The notes under the pieces are model-generated. The model saw nothing but the letters and a program-made list of their open reading frames with translations. It had not been told where the DNA came from and did no database searches. The position numbers and the translations under genes are program-made. A stretch of DNA of 64,000 nucleotides from Selaginella moellendorffii. Its lineage: Eukaryota; Plantae; Lycopodiophyta. The DNA is taken from assembly GCF_000143415.4 (NCBI RefSeq), contig NW_003314413.1, positions 1 through 64,000 on the forward strand, read 5' to 3'. The stretch's first letter is position 1. Each line of letters opens with the position of its first letter. Shown here one piece after another: positions 49,712-61,524 of this stretch.

Positions 49712-51478
49712 TGATCGAAAAAGATCTTTCGCCTGTTCGCTCCTCCAAGGATCTTGGAAGGTCACACAGGCTCCTAGCAGCGTCGCCCAGGCCAGATCGT
49801 TCGGCTCAAACGGCATGCTCGTCACCAGCTCTTGAGCCTCGAAGAGTCTTCCTCCCCGAGCTAGAACGTCGACCATGCTGGAAAAGAGTTCCACGTTTGG
49901 CTGGATGGCATAATCCTCCATCATCGACACGAAGTAGTCCCGGCCTCTACTGACGAGGCCCGAGCGGCTGCAAGCGGCGAGAAGCATGCTGAAAGTGATG
50001 TCGTTCTTTGGGATCCCTTCCACGTCCATGAGCTCCGCCACCTCGAAAGCTTCCAGACCTCGGCCGTTTTGAGTGTAGCCGGCCACCATCGCGTTCCACG
50101 AGACTGCTGTTCGCTGCTCCATCCAGTCGAAGACTCTCCTGGCGTCGTCCATGCTGCCGCATCTCGCGTACATGGTGACGATGGCGGTCGAGACGATGAC
50201 GTTGGATCGCTGCAGCTCACTCGGGATTCCCTCGTGGATGATCCTCCCGCTCGCTATGGATGGAATCAAGGAACAGGCGTCGAGGGCGCTGACGAAAGTT
50301 ATGAAGTTTGGCTGCTCGCCGTGGAGGTCCATTGCTCGGTACAAGGCCACTCCTTCCTTGCCGTGGCCGTTTTGAGCGTAGCCGGCGATCATGGCTGTCC
50401 AAGTTATGACGTTCTTCTCGGGCATCTTGTCAAAGACGAGCCTTGCTTCTCTGGGACTCTTGCATTTTCCGTACATGTCGATGATGCAAGTTCCCAGCAC
50501 CACCTCGGTCTGAGAGACGTCGTTTCTATCTTCGATGCTGCTATGGATCAATCTGCCTGTCTCGAGAGCCGCACCCGATCCACAAGCGTCGAGAGCAGCA
50601 ACGAAAGTCACCTTGCCCAGCTCGACGCCTTCCAGATCCATCTTGCTGAAGAGAGTGATAGCTTGCGACCAGTGCCCGTTGCTCGAGTAAGCGGAGATCA
50701 TCGCAGTCCAGGAAACTATGTTGCGCCTAGGCATTTTCCAGAAGATGAATTCCGCGGCCTTCGCTCGACCACACTTTCCATACATGTTGACAAGGGAGCT
50801 TCCCACCACTAAGCTTGAAACGTAACCAGTCTCCACAGCGCTCTCGTGGATCATTCGGCCTGTTTCCACATCTACCAGGCTCGAGCAGGCATCCAGAACA
50901 CTGATGAAAGTGAACTCGTCAGGAGCAACACCGTCCAAGTCCATCCTTCTGAACAAGCCCAAGGCCTCCTTGAAGTGACCACTTTGAGCATTGGCGGCGA
51001 TTAGAGTGTTCCACGATACACGGTCCCGGGCTGGCATCTTCTCGAACAGGTAGCAAGCTTCGTCCATATACCCGGCCTGAGCATACGCTGTCACTATGGA
51101 GTTCCAGGAAACGCAGTCCCTCTCCGGCATTGTGTCAAACATCCTTCTGGCCTGGAAGAGATACCCGTTCTGGGCATAAGCGTTGGTCATGATGTTCCAG
51201 GAGTAGACATTGGGGCGGTCGATGCTCTCGAACACTTTGCGTGCTTCGACTACGCTGCCACACTTCCCATACATCTCTACGAGGAGATTAAGTAGGAGCC
51301 TGTCCCTGTAGTGCTGGCTGCGAGAGATTTGATCGTGAACAACCCGGCCTTTTACTAAGTCTTTACTGTCCCTGTACGCCTTGAGAAGTCTCACGTAGTT
51401 GTGACTGTCCTCTCTTTTGGATTCATGGCGTTTGTCGAGAAGGAGCAATCCTTTTTCTTCAGACTGGCGGCAGTCCAT
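49622..51478 (-). CDS. PLS-class pentatricopeptide repeat protein, 618 aa, partial E domain, no DYW; candidate organellar RNA-editing factor
   Basis: Intronless ORF with repeated MYGKCG...A..VF..M..RNVVSW.AMI.AYAQNG motifs and terminal MPFEPNDLAWATLLGAC. Confidence 0.92.
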   Translation of the reverse strand: MDCRQSEEKGLLLLDKRHESKREDSHNYVRLLKAYRDSKDLVKGRVVHDQISRSQHYRDRLLLNLLVEMYGKCGSVVEARKVFESIDRPNVYSWNIMTNAYAQNGYLFQARRMFDTMPERDCVSWNSIVTAYAQAGYMDEACYLFEKMPARDRVSWNTLIAANAQSGHFKEALGLFRRMDLDGVAPDEFTFISVLDACSSLVDVETGRMIHESAVETGYVSSLVVGSSLVNMYGKCGRAKAAEFIFWKMPRRNIVSWTAMISAYSSNGHWSQAITLFSKMDLEGVELGKVTFVAALDACGSGAALETGRLIHSSIEDRNDVSQTEVVLGTCIIDMYGKCKSPREARLVFDKMPEKNVITWTAMIAGYAQNGHGKEGVALYRAMDLHGEQPNFITFVSALDACSLIPSIASGRIIHEGIPSELQRSNVIVSTAIVTMYARCGSMDDARRVFDWMEQRTAVSWNAMVAGYTQNGRGLEAFEVAELMDVEGIPKNDITFSMLLAACSRSGLVSRGRDYFVSMMEDYAIQPNVELFSSMVDVLARGGRLFEAQELVTSMPFEPNDLAWATLLGACVTFQDPWRSEQAKDLFRSSGGSVDQREWSSVVSTGQLHELASGSPPA

Positions 51479-51505
51479 CTAACCCATTGCGAACTTGATC
51501 TCAAT

Positions 51506-53057
51506 CTAAGCTCGTCTATACTCATCACCACAATCTCCAATGACGGCCATCAAGTCCTTTCCCCTGCTTATCACTGATCCAATTCTGTCCACGTCGTCCT
51601 CATCTAGCTTGAGTTGGAAGATGGCTTCCGAATCTTTTAGGTGCTCGGAAATGCCGAGTCGCACACCAACCATGGAGCCTGCAACGCAAGGCTAGTAGCA
51701 CAAAAGTATCGTAAGAAAAAGGCACCAAACTTGCACAACCGTTACTTACTTGGTCGAGTATATAGCGCACAGCAACAGTGGAGATTGAAACTCCATGCTT
51801 CATAGCAACTTGTTGGCAAGTTTTTAAGAGCTCTTGGAATAGATCCCAGCCTCCCCAGGCATTCACCATCTAAGCATGAACGAAGTTGAGATACTCGAGA
51901 AGTGATAAACATGTATATACCTGTTTGTATTTTTTTAGAGAAGGTGTATCGAGAGCGGGGCCTGCAAAAGGTATTGAAACGTTTGCGTCGACAAACTTTT
52001 CCGAGAGCAGCCCTCCCATGACAGTCCCGTATGTGATAAGCTTTACACCACTTTGCTCGCACACATCCTTCATGTGTTTTTGAGGTCTCATGTCCACCAG
52101 AGAATGTTGGACCTGGAAATAGATTTGTTTTAGAGCATCAGCCCAAGTATCTGAGGTTGCTTACCTGATTTGAAACGATCGGGATGTCCTTGTTGACAAT
52201 TATTTCCAATCGCTTCGTGTCAAAGTTCGTGAGAGCCAAAGTTTTGATCTTCCCTACAGCTCTCTATCAATATCTTAGAAAGAGCACCTGTAACAAGCGG
52301 GTACCTTCTTCTTTGAGATCCGTCAAGTGCTTGAGCGCATCCAGATAGCCAGGATTCGAGTATTCCCACCTAAGATACAAAACGAGAAGAATTTATAGAT
52401 CGACAGAAGAGCTGACAAGGTCTACCAGAGAGACTCTACCAATGAAACTGCAGCATGTCGAGGCATTTGACGTCCATTCGCTTTCGTGAGCGATCGATGC
52501 TCGACTCAACAAACTGTCTGGTAATCTTCACGGGAGAAGGCACCCATTTGGTCAAGCTGCATGAAAAGGATTCGTAAGCATGCAAGAAAATACAGAATTC
52601 TACTTCAGAAATACCCTCTAGCTTGAATCGCTGCCTCCTCGCCTCGCTCACGCCTCAATCGGTTGATGAAGACGCCATACAGTTCCTCCGCTGGTCCATC
52701 TACAGCGACAAGAAATCGATCAAACCATAAAAAAAAAAAGTAGAAATCAAACTTACAAATATCAGCTAGATCGAAAGTGTTGAGCCCCGCGTCGAAATGT
52801 CGAAGCATGGCGTCGACAGCCGCATTGGACTCGATTCTTCCCCAACCCCCGCTCGTCTGCCACATACCATTCACGACGCGGCAAATCTCCAGCTTGTCCC
52901 CAGCTCCACTGCTCACCACAGCTCGCCGTGGATCCGCCGCGACACTCGGCTGGGATGAAGACGCCGCCACGGTCACACATCTGCGGCAGTGGAAGCCGTG
53001 ACGAATCTCGCGCATCGCTCCTCGGCAGGGCGACATTGGAAGGAGCGCCATCGCCAT
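51506..53057 (-). CDS. Aldo/keto reductase (NAD(P)-linked oxidoreductase), probably plastid-targeted; 8 exons: 53057-52757, 52699-52615, 52556-52440, 52369-52305, 52253-52165, 52112-51921, 51869-51750, 51691-51506
   Basis: Phase-consistent GT-AG introns of ~50-70 nt. Motifs NGMWQTSGGWG, TFDLADIYGPAE, LTKWVP, LDMLQFHWW, GKIKTLALTNFDT, SNQVQHS, YGTVMGGLLSEKF, IGDCGDEYR. Transit-peptide-like N-terminus. Confidence 0.92.
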
Positions 53058-53185
53058 GGCCGCCGCGCGGAAGAATGCCCGAGACGGGTATATGCCAATG
53101 CCCTGTTTTTAGGGCAATATAGTTTAATCTAATTAAAACAATCGAATCGAGATCTTGAAGAACTCTACAGACGAGAGATCTTCAA

Positions 53186-54991
53186 TCACCTGGTAGCGTT
53201 CAGCAGCGCGTATGGAGCAGCGTCGTCCCGACTCGACAGCTTAACGAGCTCGCTAGCGGTTCTCTCTCGCAGCCTCCGGCGTGAAGTATCGCCATGGAGT
53301 CTACACGAGCTGAGGAGCGCCATCCACGGCACCGAGTGAGGCTCGAACGGCATGTTGACGATGAGATCCTCGGCTTCCTTGATCCGGCCCGAGCGTCCCA
53401 GCAGATCCACCATACAGACGTAGTGCTCCAGAGCCGGGGTGATGCCGAAGTCGTGGAGCAGCAGCTGGAAGTAGTCGGATCCATCGCCGAGCTTCCCCGA
53501 GTGGCTGGAGATGGAGAGAAGGCTGACGAGCGTGATCTCGTTTGGTCTCACGCCGTGGAGCAGCATCTCTCGGAGGAGCTCCGTGGCTCTTGCTGGGAAT
53601 CCGTTCCGGGCGTAGGCGGTGATCATGGAAGTCCACGAGACAACGTCGGTTCTCGCGACTGGGGAGCTCTCGAACGCTTGCCTCGCCAGCTCTAGCCCGC
53701 CAGCTTTGCCGTACATGGTGATCACGGCGGTGGCGAGGACAACGTTGGTGTGGAGCTCCTCCGGCGAGAGCTCCGCGTGGAGGAGCTGTCCCAGAGTGAG
53801 ATCCGGGACGCTGGAGCAGGCATCGAAGACGCTGGCGAGCGTGATCTCGTTGGGCTGCATGCCTTCGATCTCCATCACCCGGAAGAACTTGATCGCGTCC
53901 TCCCCTCGGTTATTCTGCGCCAAGGCCGAGATCATAGCCGACCACGAGACGACGCTCCTCTGGGCGATCCCAGCAAAGACTTCGAGCGCTCGCTCAACCA
54001 TGGAGCACCGTCCGTACAAGGTGACCAACGCCGTGCCCAGCACCACGTCCGTGGCCAGGCCCAGATGGGCCACATCGCCGTGGATTGCCGTACCTTCTCC
54101 CAGAGCTCCAATCTTGGCGCAAGCGTCGATCACCGTGACAAACGCCATATGATCCGCGCGGCATCCACTTTGATCCATCCTGTTGAATGCTCGTATCGCC
54201 TCTAGCTCCTGGCCAGCGTCGGCGTACCCGGCGATCAAACACGTCCATCCCACCAAATTCACGTCGGGCATTTTATCGAAGAAATCCTGTGCCTCCAGCA
54301 TTTGCCCTGATCGGGCAAATGCCGCTAGCATCCCTGTCCAGGTCACAAGATCGCGCTCTGGAGCTCTATCAAAAAGATATTTTGCGCAAGCGAAGCTACT
54401 GGTACTGGAGTATGCTGTGATTATCGCGTTCCAGGAGACTATGTCTCGCACCGGCATCGAATCAAACATTTCCCTTGCTGATCGGAGATCTCCAGTTGCG
54501 GCATAGCTCGTGATCATCGCGTTCCAGGACGAGACTGTCTTCACGGGCATTGAATCGAACATAGCCTTGGCGTCGTCGATCTGGCCGGATTGGGTATAGG
54601 CTGCCACCATCGCGGTCCAGGAAACATGGTTCTTGTGGGGGTTTTGATCAAATACCTCTCGCGCTTTGAGCAAGTGCCCGTTGGAGGTAAATGCGGCAGT
54701 CAAGATGTTCCATGAGTAGACGTTCTTGTGCTGGATTTTTTCAAATGCAGCCATGGCTTCCTTGGGACTGCCACACTTTCCATACATATCGACTAAAAGA
54801 TTTCCAAGGAAAGTGCTGTGTGCTATGAGATGGCTATTACATATATATGCATGAATTTGTCTGCCCAATGCTAAATTCCTTTTTATTGCACATGTTCGCA
54901 GTTCTATTGCAAGATCTTCACTGCAAGAAATATGAAAAGGACACTTAATATTCTCATCTAGGTACATAACATTTTTCACTTCCACATGCAT
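53186..54991 (-). CDS. PLS-class PPR protein with SS-type repeats and E domain, 601 aa, no DYW
   Basis: Intronless ORF with canonical PPR repeats, HYVCMVDLLGRSG...MPFEP...WMALLSSC and AAPYALL. Confidence 0.92.
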   Translation of the reverse strand: MHVEVKNVMYLDENIKCPFHISCSEDLAIELRTCAIKRNLALGRQIHAYICNSHLIAHSTFLGNLLVDMYGKCGSPKEAMAAFEKIQHKNVYSWNILTAAFTSNGHLLKAREVFDQNPHKNHVSWTAMVAAYTQSGQIDDAKAMFDSMPVKTVSSWNAMITSYAATGDLRSAREMFDSMPVRDIVSWNAIITAYSSTSSFACAKYLFDRAPERDLVTWTGMLAAFARSGQMLEAQDFFDKMPDVNLVGWTCLIAGYADAGQELEAIRAFNRMDQSGCRADHMAFVTVIDACAKIGALGEGTAIHGDVAHLGLATDVVLGTALVTLYGRCSMVERALEVFAGIAQRSVVSWSAMISALAQNNRGEDAIKFFRVMEIEGMQPNEITLASVFDACSSVPDLTLGQLLHAELSPEELHTNVVLATAVITMYGKAGGLELARQAFESSPVARTDVVSWTSMITAYARNGFPARATELLREMLLHGVRPNEITLVSLLSISSHSGKLGDGSDYFQLLLHDFGITPALEHYVCMVDLLGRSGRIKEAEDLIVNMPFEPHSVPWMALLSSCRLHGDTSRRRLRERTASELVKLSSRDDAAPYALLNATR

Positions 54992-55629
54992 ATATACAAA
55001 AAAAATCTAGAAAAGATCAGAGGGCAAAATTGCCGGATGAACAGAAGGTTAGAGTCTTTCTCTTCCTCTCTCTCTTGTTATTCCATATTTCTTCCTTGCA
55101 AACTCAAGCAATTGCCACCACAGTGAATTCCAGCTGCTGGCCAAGCTCCGCCGATTGGTCCACTCTGAACTCCACCACAGAAATCCCGGTTCCGCTCGTT
55201 TCGCGTTACACTAACCCTAGAAATAAAGTTACTATTAAACATATATTAATGACCTGTCTTAGAAACATTTTTTGTCCTTTATAGTTATAAATAAATTCCA
55301 AATGATATACCAATTAATGACTCAACTAATCCTCTATCCAATGACTTAATATTGAGTAATGTTAACCTTGTTTAAAAGTATGTATTAATTTGTTGTACTG
55401 ATGCCAAGCAGCAATGCTTTTTTGTTTTTATGTTTGTTTGTACTTGTTTATAATTTTGTTATCTGTTGTTGTTTTATTATAATTATTTTGCATTGTAATC
55501 AATATTAAAGTTATTCATATGTTTTTATTGCTTCAATATATCTTACAGGTTTACTATACATGTTTATATAATATATTTAGTTTATAAATTTATTATTTGA
55601 GTAATATATTAAAATTGTATATTGGTTAT

Positions 55630-55745
55630 GGTATTCAATTAGCCCAGAACTTTATCTCATATGCAGGAGCAAATAGTCTAGAATTGAAAACCAAATTAAT
55701 GGCTACTAAAATCCCACTACACTAATAATAGTATACATCATTATA
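55630..55745 (-). mobile_element. Eroded family B LTR fragment
   Basis: CAATTAGCCCA...TCTAGAATTGAAAACCAA...ATGGCTACTAAAATCCCACTAC resembles the LTRs at 41908 and 46700. Confidence 0.5.
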
Positions 55746-56045
55746 ATCATATGTAAACTTAAAAAAGCAATTTTATAGACAATTTATTGAGGTTTTATTA
55801 TAAAAGAAAAGTATTCCACCAAACCATCTATCTCTGAATGATAAACAATTGTGAAAATGTGGTGTAATCCAATTGAGACATCAAGATGTAAAATGCCTCA
55901 GTCATAAATATAAGAGAATTTGCTTTGGACAAGAGTTTTGAAACATCAGTTGATGGAGGAAATATATATTAAAAATTGCAGACACTCTAGAAAAAATATT
56001 GATTTTTAAGCTTGTTTTTATCTCTTTCTCTCTCAACATTTAAAG

Positions 56046-56590
56046 ATGGCCACTGAAGATCTCAAGCTCAGGCAATCCATCTCTAAGCTATCAATGGATA
56101 ATGTCTTCATCTGGTTTTGAGAAGTGGAATTCAAGCTTCACAGCAAGGATGGTGGGTTGCTCTGGGATATTGTCAATGCAGATTTGAACAAGCCCTGCCC
56201 TCCCCACCACTGGCTGAAGCAGCAGAGGGTGAGATCAACTCTCACAAGAAGAACTGAAGGTTTTCAAAGTTCACGAGGCACAGGCAAAATCTTTGATCAT
56301 GCGCTGGCTGGAATAAGGTGATAAGGCAACAATTGCTCGCACTGATTCTGTGGTGGAGGCTTGGGACTAGCTCAAGAAACTCTACCTTGAGAAGTCCTTC
56401 ATCAGCAAAGTTGGACTTTAGGGGAAGTTGAACTAGGCCAAGTGTGAGCCACATGAGAGTCTGTCTTAGTTCCTTGAATGCCTCAAGCTTTATTCTTATC
56501 AGTTTGCAGGTATGGGCCACCCAGTACCCACCAAAACTCTTGCCGAGGTAGCTCTTCTTGGAATGGGTGAGGAATTTGAACAGATTATTC
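56046..56590 (+). pseudogene. Copia-type gag fragment
   Basis: MATEDLKLRQSISKLSMDNVFIWF*EVEFKLHSKDGGLLWDIV resembles the Copia gag N-terminus (KL...NY..W...L....LW..V); later DSVVEAWD*LKKLY. Confidence 0.5.
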
Positions 56591-56799
56591 TTCTATGGTG
56601 GTTGATATGAGATTGAGTTTATCTTTTATTAGTTATTCTATTGCCACATATTATTGTTTATATTTGTATTGTGTAATAGAGCCAGTTTTAATTCTTTCTA
56701 GCAATAAGTGTATATATGCATATACATAAGATGAAACAGACCTAGTTGTGCATATAGGTGATATCAACTTTGAAATTCAATCATTGTACGTGGTGTTAA

Positions 56800-57535
56800 G
56801 TTAAGTTTTGGATCTCATGTTTAGTATGGGTTTGTTGCAATACAATGTAATTTTGAAACTTTTTCCCTTGTTTTGAACTCTTTCGATTTTCTTTCATTCC
56901 TTTTACTTTTTGTTTTACTTTGTTTGTTTGTTTCTATCTTTACTTCTATCATTTTTGTATTTTCATTACTTTTTATTGTATTTCCTTTTTTGATCTTTAT
57001 TTCCCTTTTCAGATATCTTAAACAATCTTTGTATTGTAGCAATTCACTAACTTAAGAAGGAGTATATTAATCTTTTTAACCTTGATATATCACTTGTTGT
57101 GTATATTGCAATTCTTCAACTTTGATATGTTATTTGCCACTTAGATTGCAATATATCATCCTATTACAATTAAGGATGCTTGTTCAATCAAAATTCTCAT
57201 TTGGCATCAGTCACTAAAGAAGATTAAAATATTATAAATAAACATTAAAAAGACATTAGAAAAGAGCGTTATCCAAAAGTTTTGGAATTATTAAGCTTAT
57301 GAACCTCATCCTATGATGAAATCAAATGCAAGTATATAGTTCTACATTGACTATTATCTAATAAATAAGATATATCTTCTCACACTATAGATCTTTCAGA
57401 TCATTTAAAGCAAAATTGTTAATTAACCGAGTTGGATTTTACTTTTGGGTAATAATAAATGATAATCACTAAAGAAAATATTTCTAAGCTTACTTTCCGT
57501 ACACCATTTAGTTCGTATAAGTTCTTGGTTGAAAA
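56800..57535 (+). mobile_element. Very AT-eroded family B-like Gypsy linker/RT relic
   Basis: 57020-57080 is the reverse-complement homolog of window positions 1-60; RT remnant LDF.FG...KLTFRTPFSSYKFLV at ~57430-57530. Confidence 0.6.
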
Positions 57536-59805
57536 AACCAATAACAAATTTTAACAAACAATTAAAATTTCTAAACACATAGTATTATAGTAACAAATAA
57601 ATGAAGTCATAAGTATGATGAATAAAGAGAGGGTCAGTATAAAATAACTTTTCTCTCAATATAAATTATAGATAGCAAAAATTCATCAATTACAATCAAT
57701 ATTTAAACAACTTTTCTCTAAAAATAAATTATAAATAGCACAAATTCATCACTTTTTTATTAAACATTATAAAGACCTTATGCTAAATGACTTAGTGAAT
57801 GTAAAGTACATAAATGAACCTTATTTATTTGACAAAAAATATATACCATAATTATAATAGACATTTTGACAAGATTATAAAATAAATCAAAACTACACAA
57901 TAATTTCTTTAGTCATAAAGAGTTAAGTAGCTAGCAATTGAAATAAAAGAGTTAATTAGGTCGGCATATAAGACATAGACTATCTTTAAGACTAATTATA
58001 TCATTAGTTTTATTAAATGAGATAATTGAGAATAACTAGAATATATAGATCACATTTAGCAAGATAGTGAATTATCACATTTTTATTAAACTTAAAACTT
58101 TACTCTACTTCACAAAAAAAATAAATTGTATATTGTTTGAAAATCTTAGTAACTATCATTCAAGATAAATAATGTCATTTTGAAAAAAATTCTTTTGAAC
58201 TATAATTTAAAGTAACTATAATTACATATTCAAACCATCTAGCATATTAAGTGGTCAATCCAAAAAGATAATTATAAAAGCTTATATAATATTATGTATA
58301 ATATTTTTATCTTAAATATTGAATACTTCAATTTTGTATTTAAAGTGTCTCAAAAAAAAATTCAAAAAAATTGATATCAGAAAAATTACAGGGATTTTTG
58401 TTTTTATTAAAACAGATATAAGTGAATTTACTTATTTAAGTCTATATTTTAAATATATATAAATAAAACCTTTCCAATTTTCAGCAATAATAGAACTGAT
58501 AGAAGGAGAATGAAAATGAAATAAAATAAATAAAATTGTGTTCAACACTTTTAAATTTGAATTGAATTTCTAATTTATAAACTATTAAAACCATAATTAA
58601 ATTTTGAGTTATTATATATTTTACTTATTCAACTTTAAAAAAATAAAAATTTAATTTACCAGGATTTTAATAATAAAACTTTTTTTTAGAAAGGTGACAA
58701 CCTTGCACATGTCACATCTAATCAGAGTAAAGACGAAGCCCATGATAGTGCCTGTAAATCCAACCCATGAATAAGAAAGATAAAGAAGTTTTTGAAAAAT
58801 TAAGAAATTTATTTCAAATTTCATACTTTTTATATATATAAATATATAAAATTTAATTGAGTGATAAAGGAAATTTGAGAAAGTAAACCCTGAATTTTCA
58901 TTTATTCATTTATTCAATTATATATCTGAAAATGTATAATGTAATTATTATAGAAACTAAAACTTATATTAGATTTGACATTTTTTATTTGAATAAACCT
59001 TTCAACAATAAAATAAATATTATTTTAAAAATCAAATTTTACAATAAGAAATTCACTACATTTAAATTATAGATGATTCTAATAAAGAAATAATAAAGTT
59101 TTTATTTTACTTATTATTGATAAGAATTTTTATTTTTAATATATTATTTAGGTAAAATATAATACAAAAAGGACTATACAAGGAGTATAAATACTATATA
59201 TAACAATTTGTAAGCTTTTAAATTTTAAAACTAATTTAGAATAATTTTGTTTTTAATTTAAAATATTTTATTATTTCCTAAAACTATTTGTAGAAGTGTT
59301 AGTTTCATTAGGGTCAGTTCAATTTAATGAAATCAAAAATAATGTTTTTTTGTATAGATAGTGAGTTTTATGTATATTTTTTAATAATAAAATTTCTTGA
59401 GAAATTGCTAATTCTTTAAAGAAAATTGCCATTATAAAAATATTTTTTATCTTTTTATTTTATGATTATAAAAATGTAATATTAGTTTTTGGATACATTT
59501 TGTAGTTTAATATAAAGATTCATTTAGACTTTTATAAATTTTTATATATTTACTTATCTATTTTATTTTTTATTTTTTATATTTTTAATCTATTACTTTT
59601 AAAATTTTAGTAAGCAAAATACTTATGATGTTTAAGTGAAATTTTTTACCTTCGTATTTAATAAGGATAGTAAGTATAGCCATGGAGGACATATAAGTGT
59701 TTTTTTATAAATTCTAATTTTTAAGTTTTAGATAGTTAGTTTATTTAATTTTATATTTATATATTTATATATTTATATTTTTATATTTATATATTTATAT
59801 GCTAT

Positions 59806-61524
59806 TGTAAGTTTTTATGAGTGCTCAGGATATAGGAATAGCTATATGAATTTGGGTTTAGGCCCCTGCTTACATACAAAATTGAATGGACTATATTGAG
59901 TCCCTAATAAACGTTCAATATACTATAATACTATAATTAACATATTACTTAACTGAGGTAATGCATGTATATGCATATATATATTTATAAACTTTACACC
60001 ATCCTCCCCTTCGGAAGATGAAGAAGGTGATGACAATAAGTCAAGTGAATAATTATAATCTACTATAAGAATTTCAAACTCCTACAAAACCATGTACAAA
60101 GTTGTTGATAACTATGACTAAAATAAAATTTAAAGCCATGGCATAAGCATTAGTCAACTACAGAATCCCAATAAACTAATTACAACTTTGTGTGCAATTG
60201 CTAAATATTTTAAACCAACTTCAAAGACATAATTTTGAACCAAAGCAAGGGACTTAAAAAACCATTGTAATCCATAAAATGCCATTGCAATAAATGATAC
60301 ATTCTACATTTAAGTCTACCTGCTAATAATCCTTTGAGATCATTGTTAACTTACACTCACAACTATAAATAGAACTTGCTTCTTCGTCTTTGTTTAGCAT
60401 TGCATCTGAGAAATCAAACTCACTTCATATATCCTCCACATCCTCTTTATGCCTCTCTCGAAGGAAAAATAGTTTTGAAGCATCAACTCTATTTAGACTT
60501 GTTGTGGTTGTCCTCACTCCATCATCTATATTCATGTTCACTCCATTATGATAGATGTTTAGTTGCACTAAATTGAGATTAAATGTTCTGTTCAAACTAG
60601 CTATGCTCATTTACACTCCACAATCCATATCGTTTGTCCTCGCTCCACTATTGTATTCACTCCCTCATTCCATCGGTAGGGCTAGACTCCCGTCTGTCAC
60701 TTCTACCCCCTCCTCTGAAGATAAAAAAGTTTAAAGTGAAGGAGAAAATAAGAAAAATTGAGAAAAAACAATTGTAGAAGAAGAAAAAGTGAATAAAGAA
60801 GCATTAAAAGAGGAATTTGCAATAATTGACAATGCAAAAATGGGGAAATAACAATAAAGACATATGCTCAAAGTTTGGAAAATATAGGACTTCCTATCAT
60901 AAAATATTTTAGCCACCACAGTATAAGCAAAAGATTCACACTGCCTCAATACACAACTCAACACTTGAAACGAGAAAATTAATAATAACATTTACATTCT
61001 CAAGGGAATATATAAACTCCTTAGTAGGAATGGTAAAACAAAAACTCTTAGTAGCATTAACAAGTGAGGATACAACTTTGAAATTCTGACTAAAATGACT
61101 TAAGCCTTGGAATATGGGAATACTTAACACTAAAATTGATCAAAGATTCTGTCAACAAAACAAAAACAAGATTCTCAACTTCATGTATAAATTTTTTCCT
61201 TTCCAATTTGTTAGTTTACCTTGTCTATCTAACCACCATTACCTTGGCCTTAGTTAAGTTCTCTTGCCTATATTACCAACTTCTATTTGGTCCTACTTGG
61301 TTTTAACTACTCACTGCATGAGTAACAAGGTGTTAGCCAACCATCCACAAATTTCCAATTTCTCTTACAATCCCCTTCCTCGAGTTAGACTGGATTTAAG
61401 GTTTGGCTACACTCTGTACAAGCATAAGCAACCAAGCATACCAAAGTTCTAGATTTCTAACATCCCTTGGTACCACAAGACTTGATTATGGAACTCTTTA
61501 AATCCCAAGCCTTGAGTGCATTTT
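59806..61524 (-). mobile_element. Probable 3' end of an old Gypsy element: LTR-like 59806-59998, PPT, integrase C-terminal remnant
   Basis: TGTAAG...TTTACA followed by CCATCCTCCCCT (minus-strand PPT); weak INT-tail-like translation at ~61000-61270. Confidence 0.4.

Noticed and set aside
49711-54506. Plus-strand ORFs (e.g. 50069-50812, 53619-54152) over the PPR and AKR genes
   Set aside because: Antisense shadows of GC-rich coding sequence with no independent motifs
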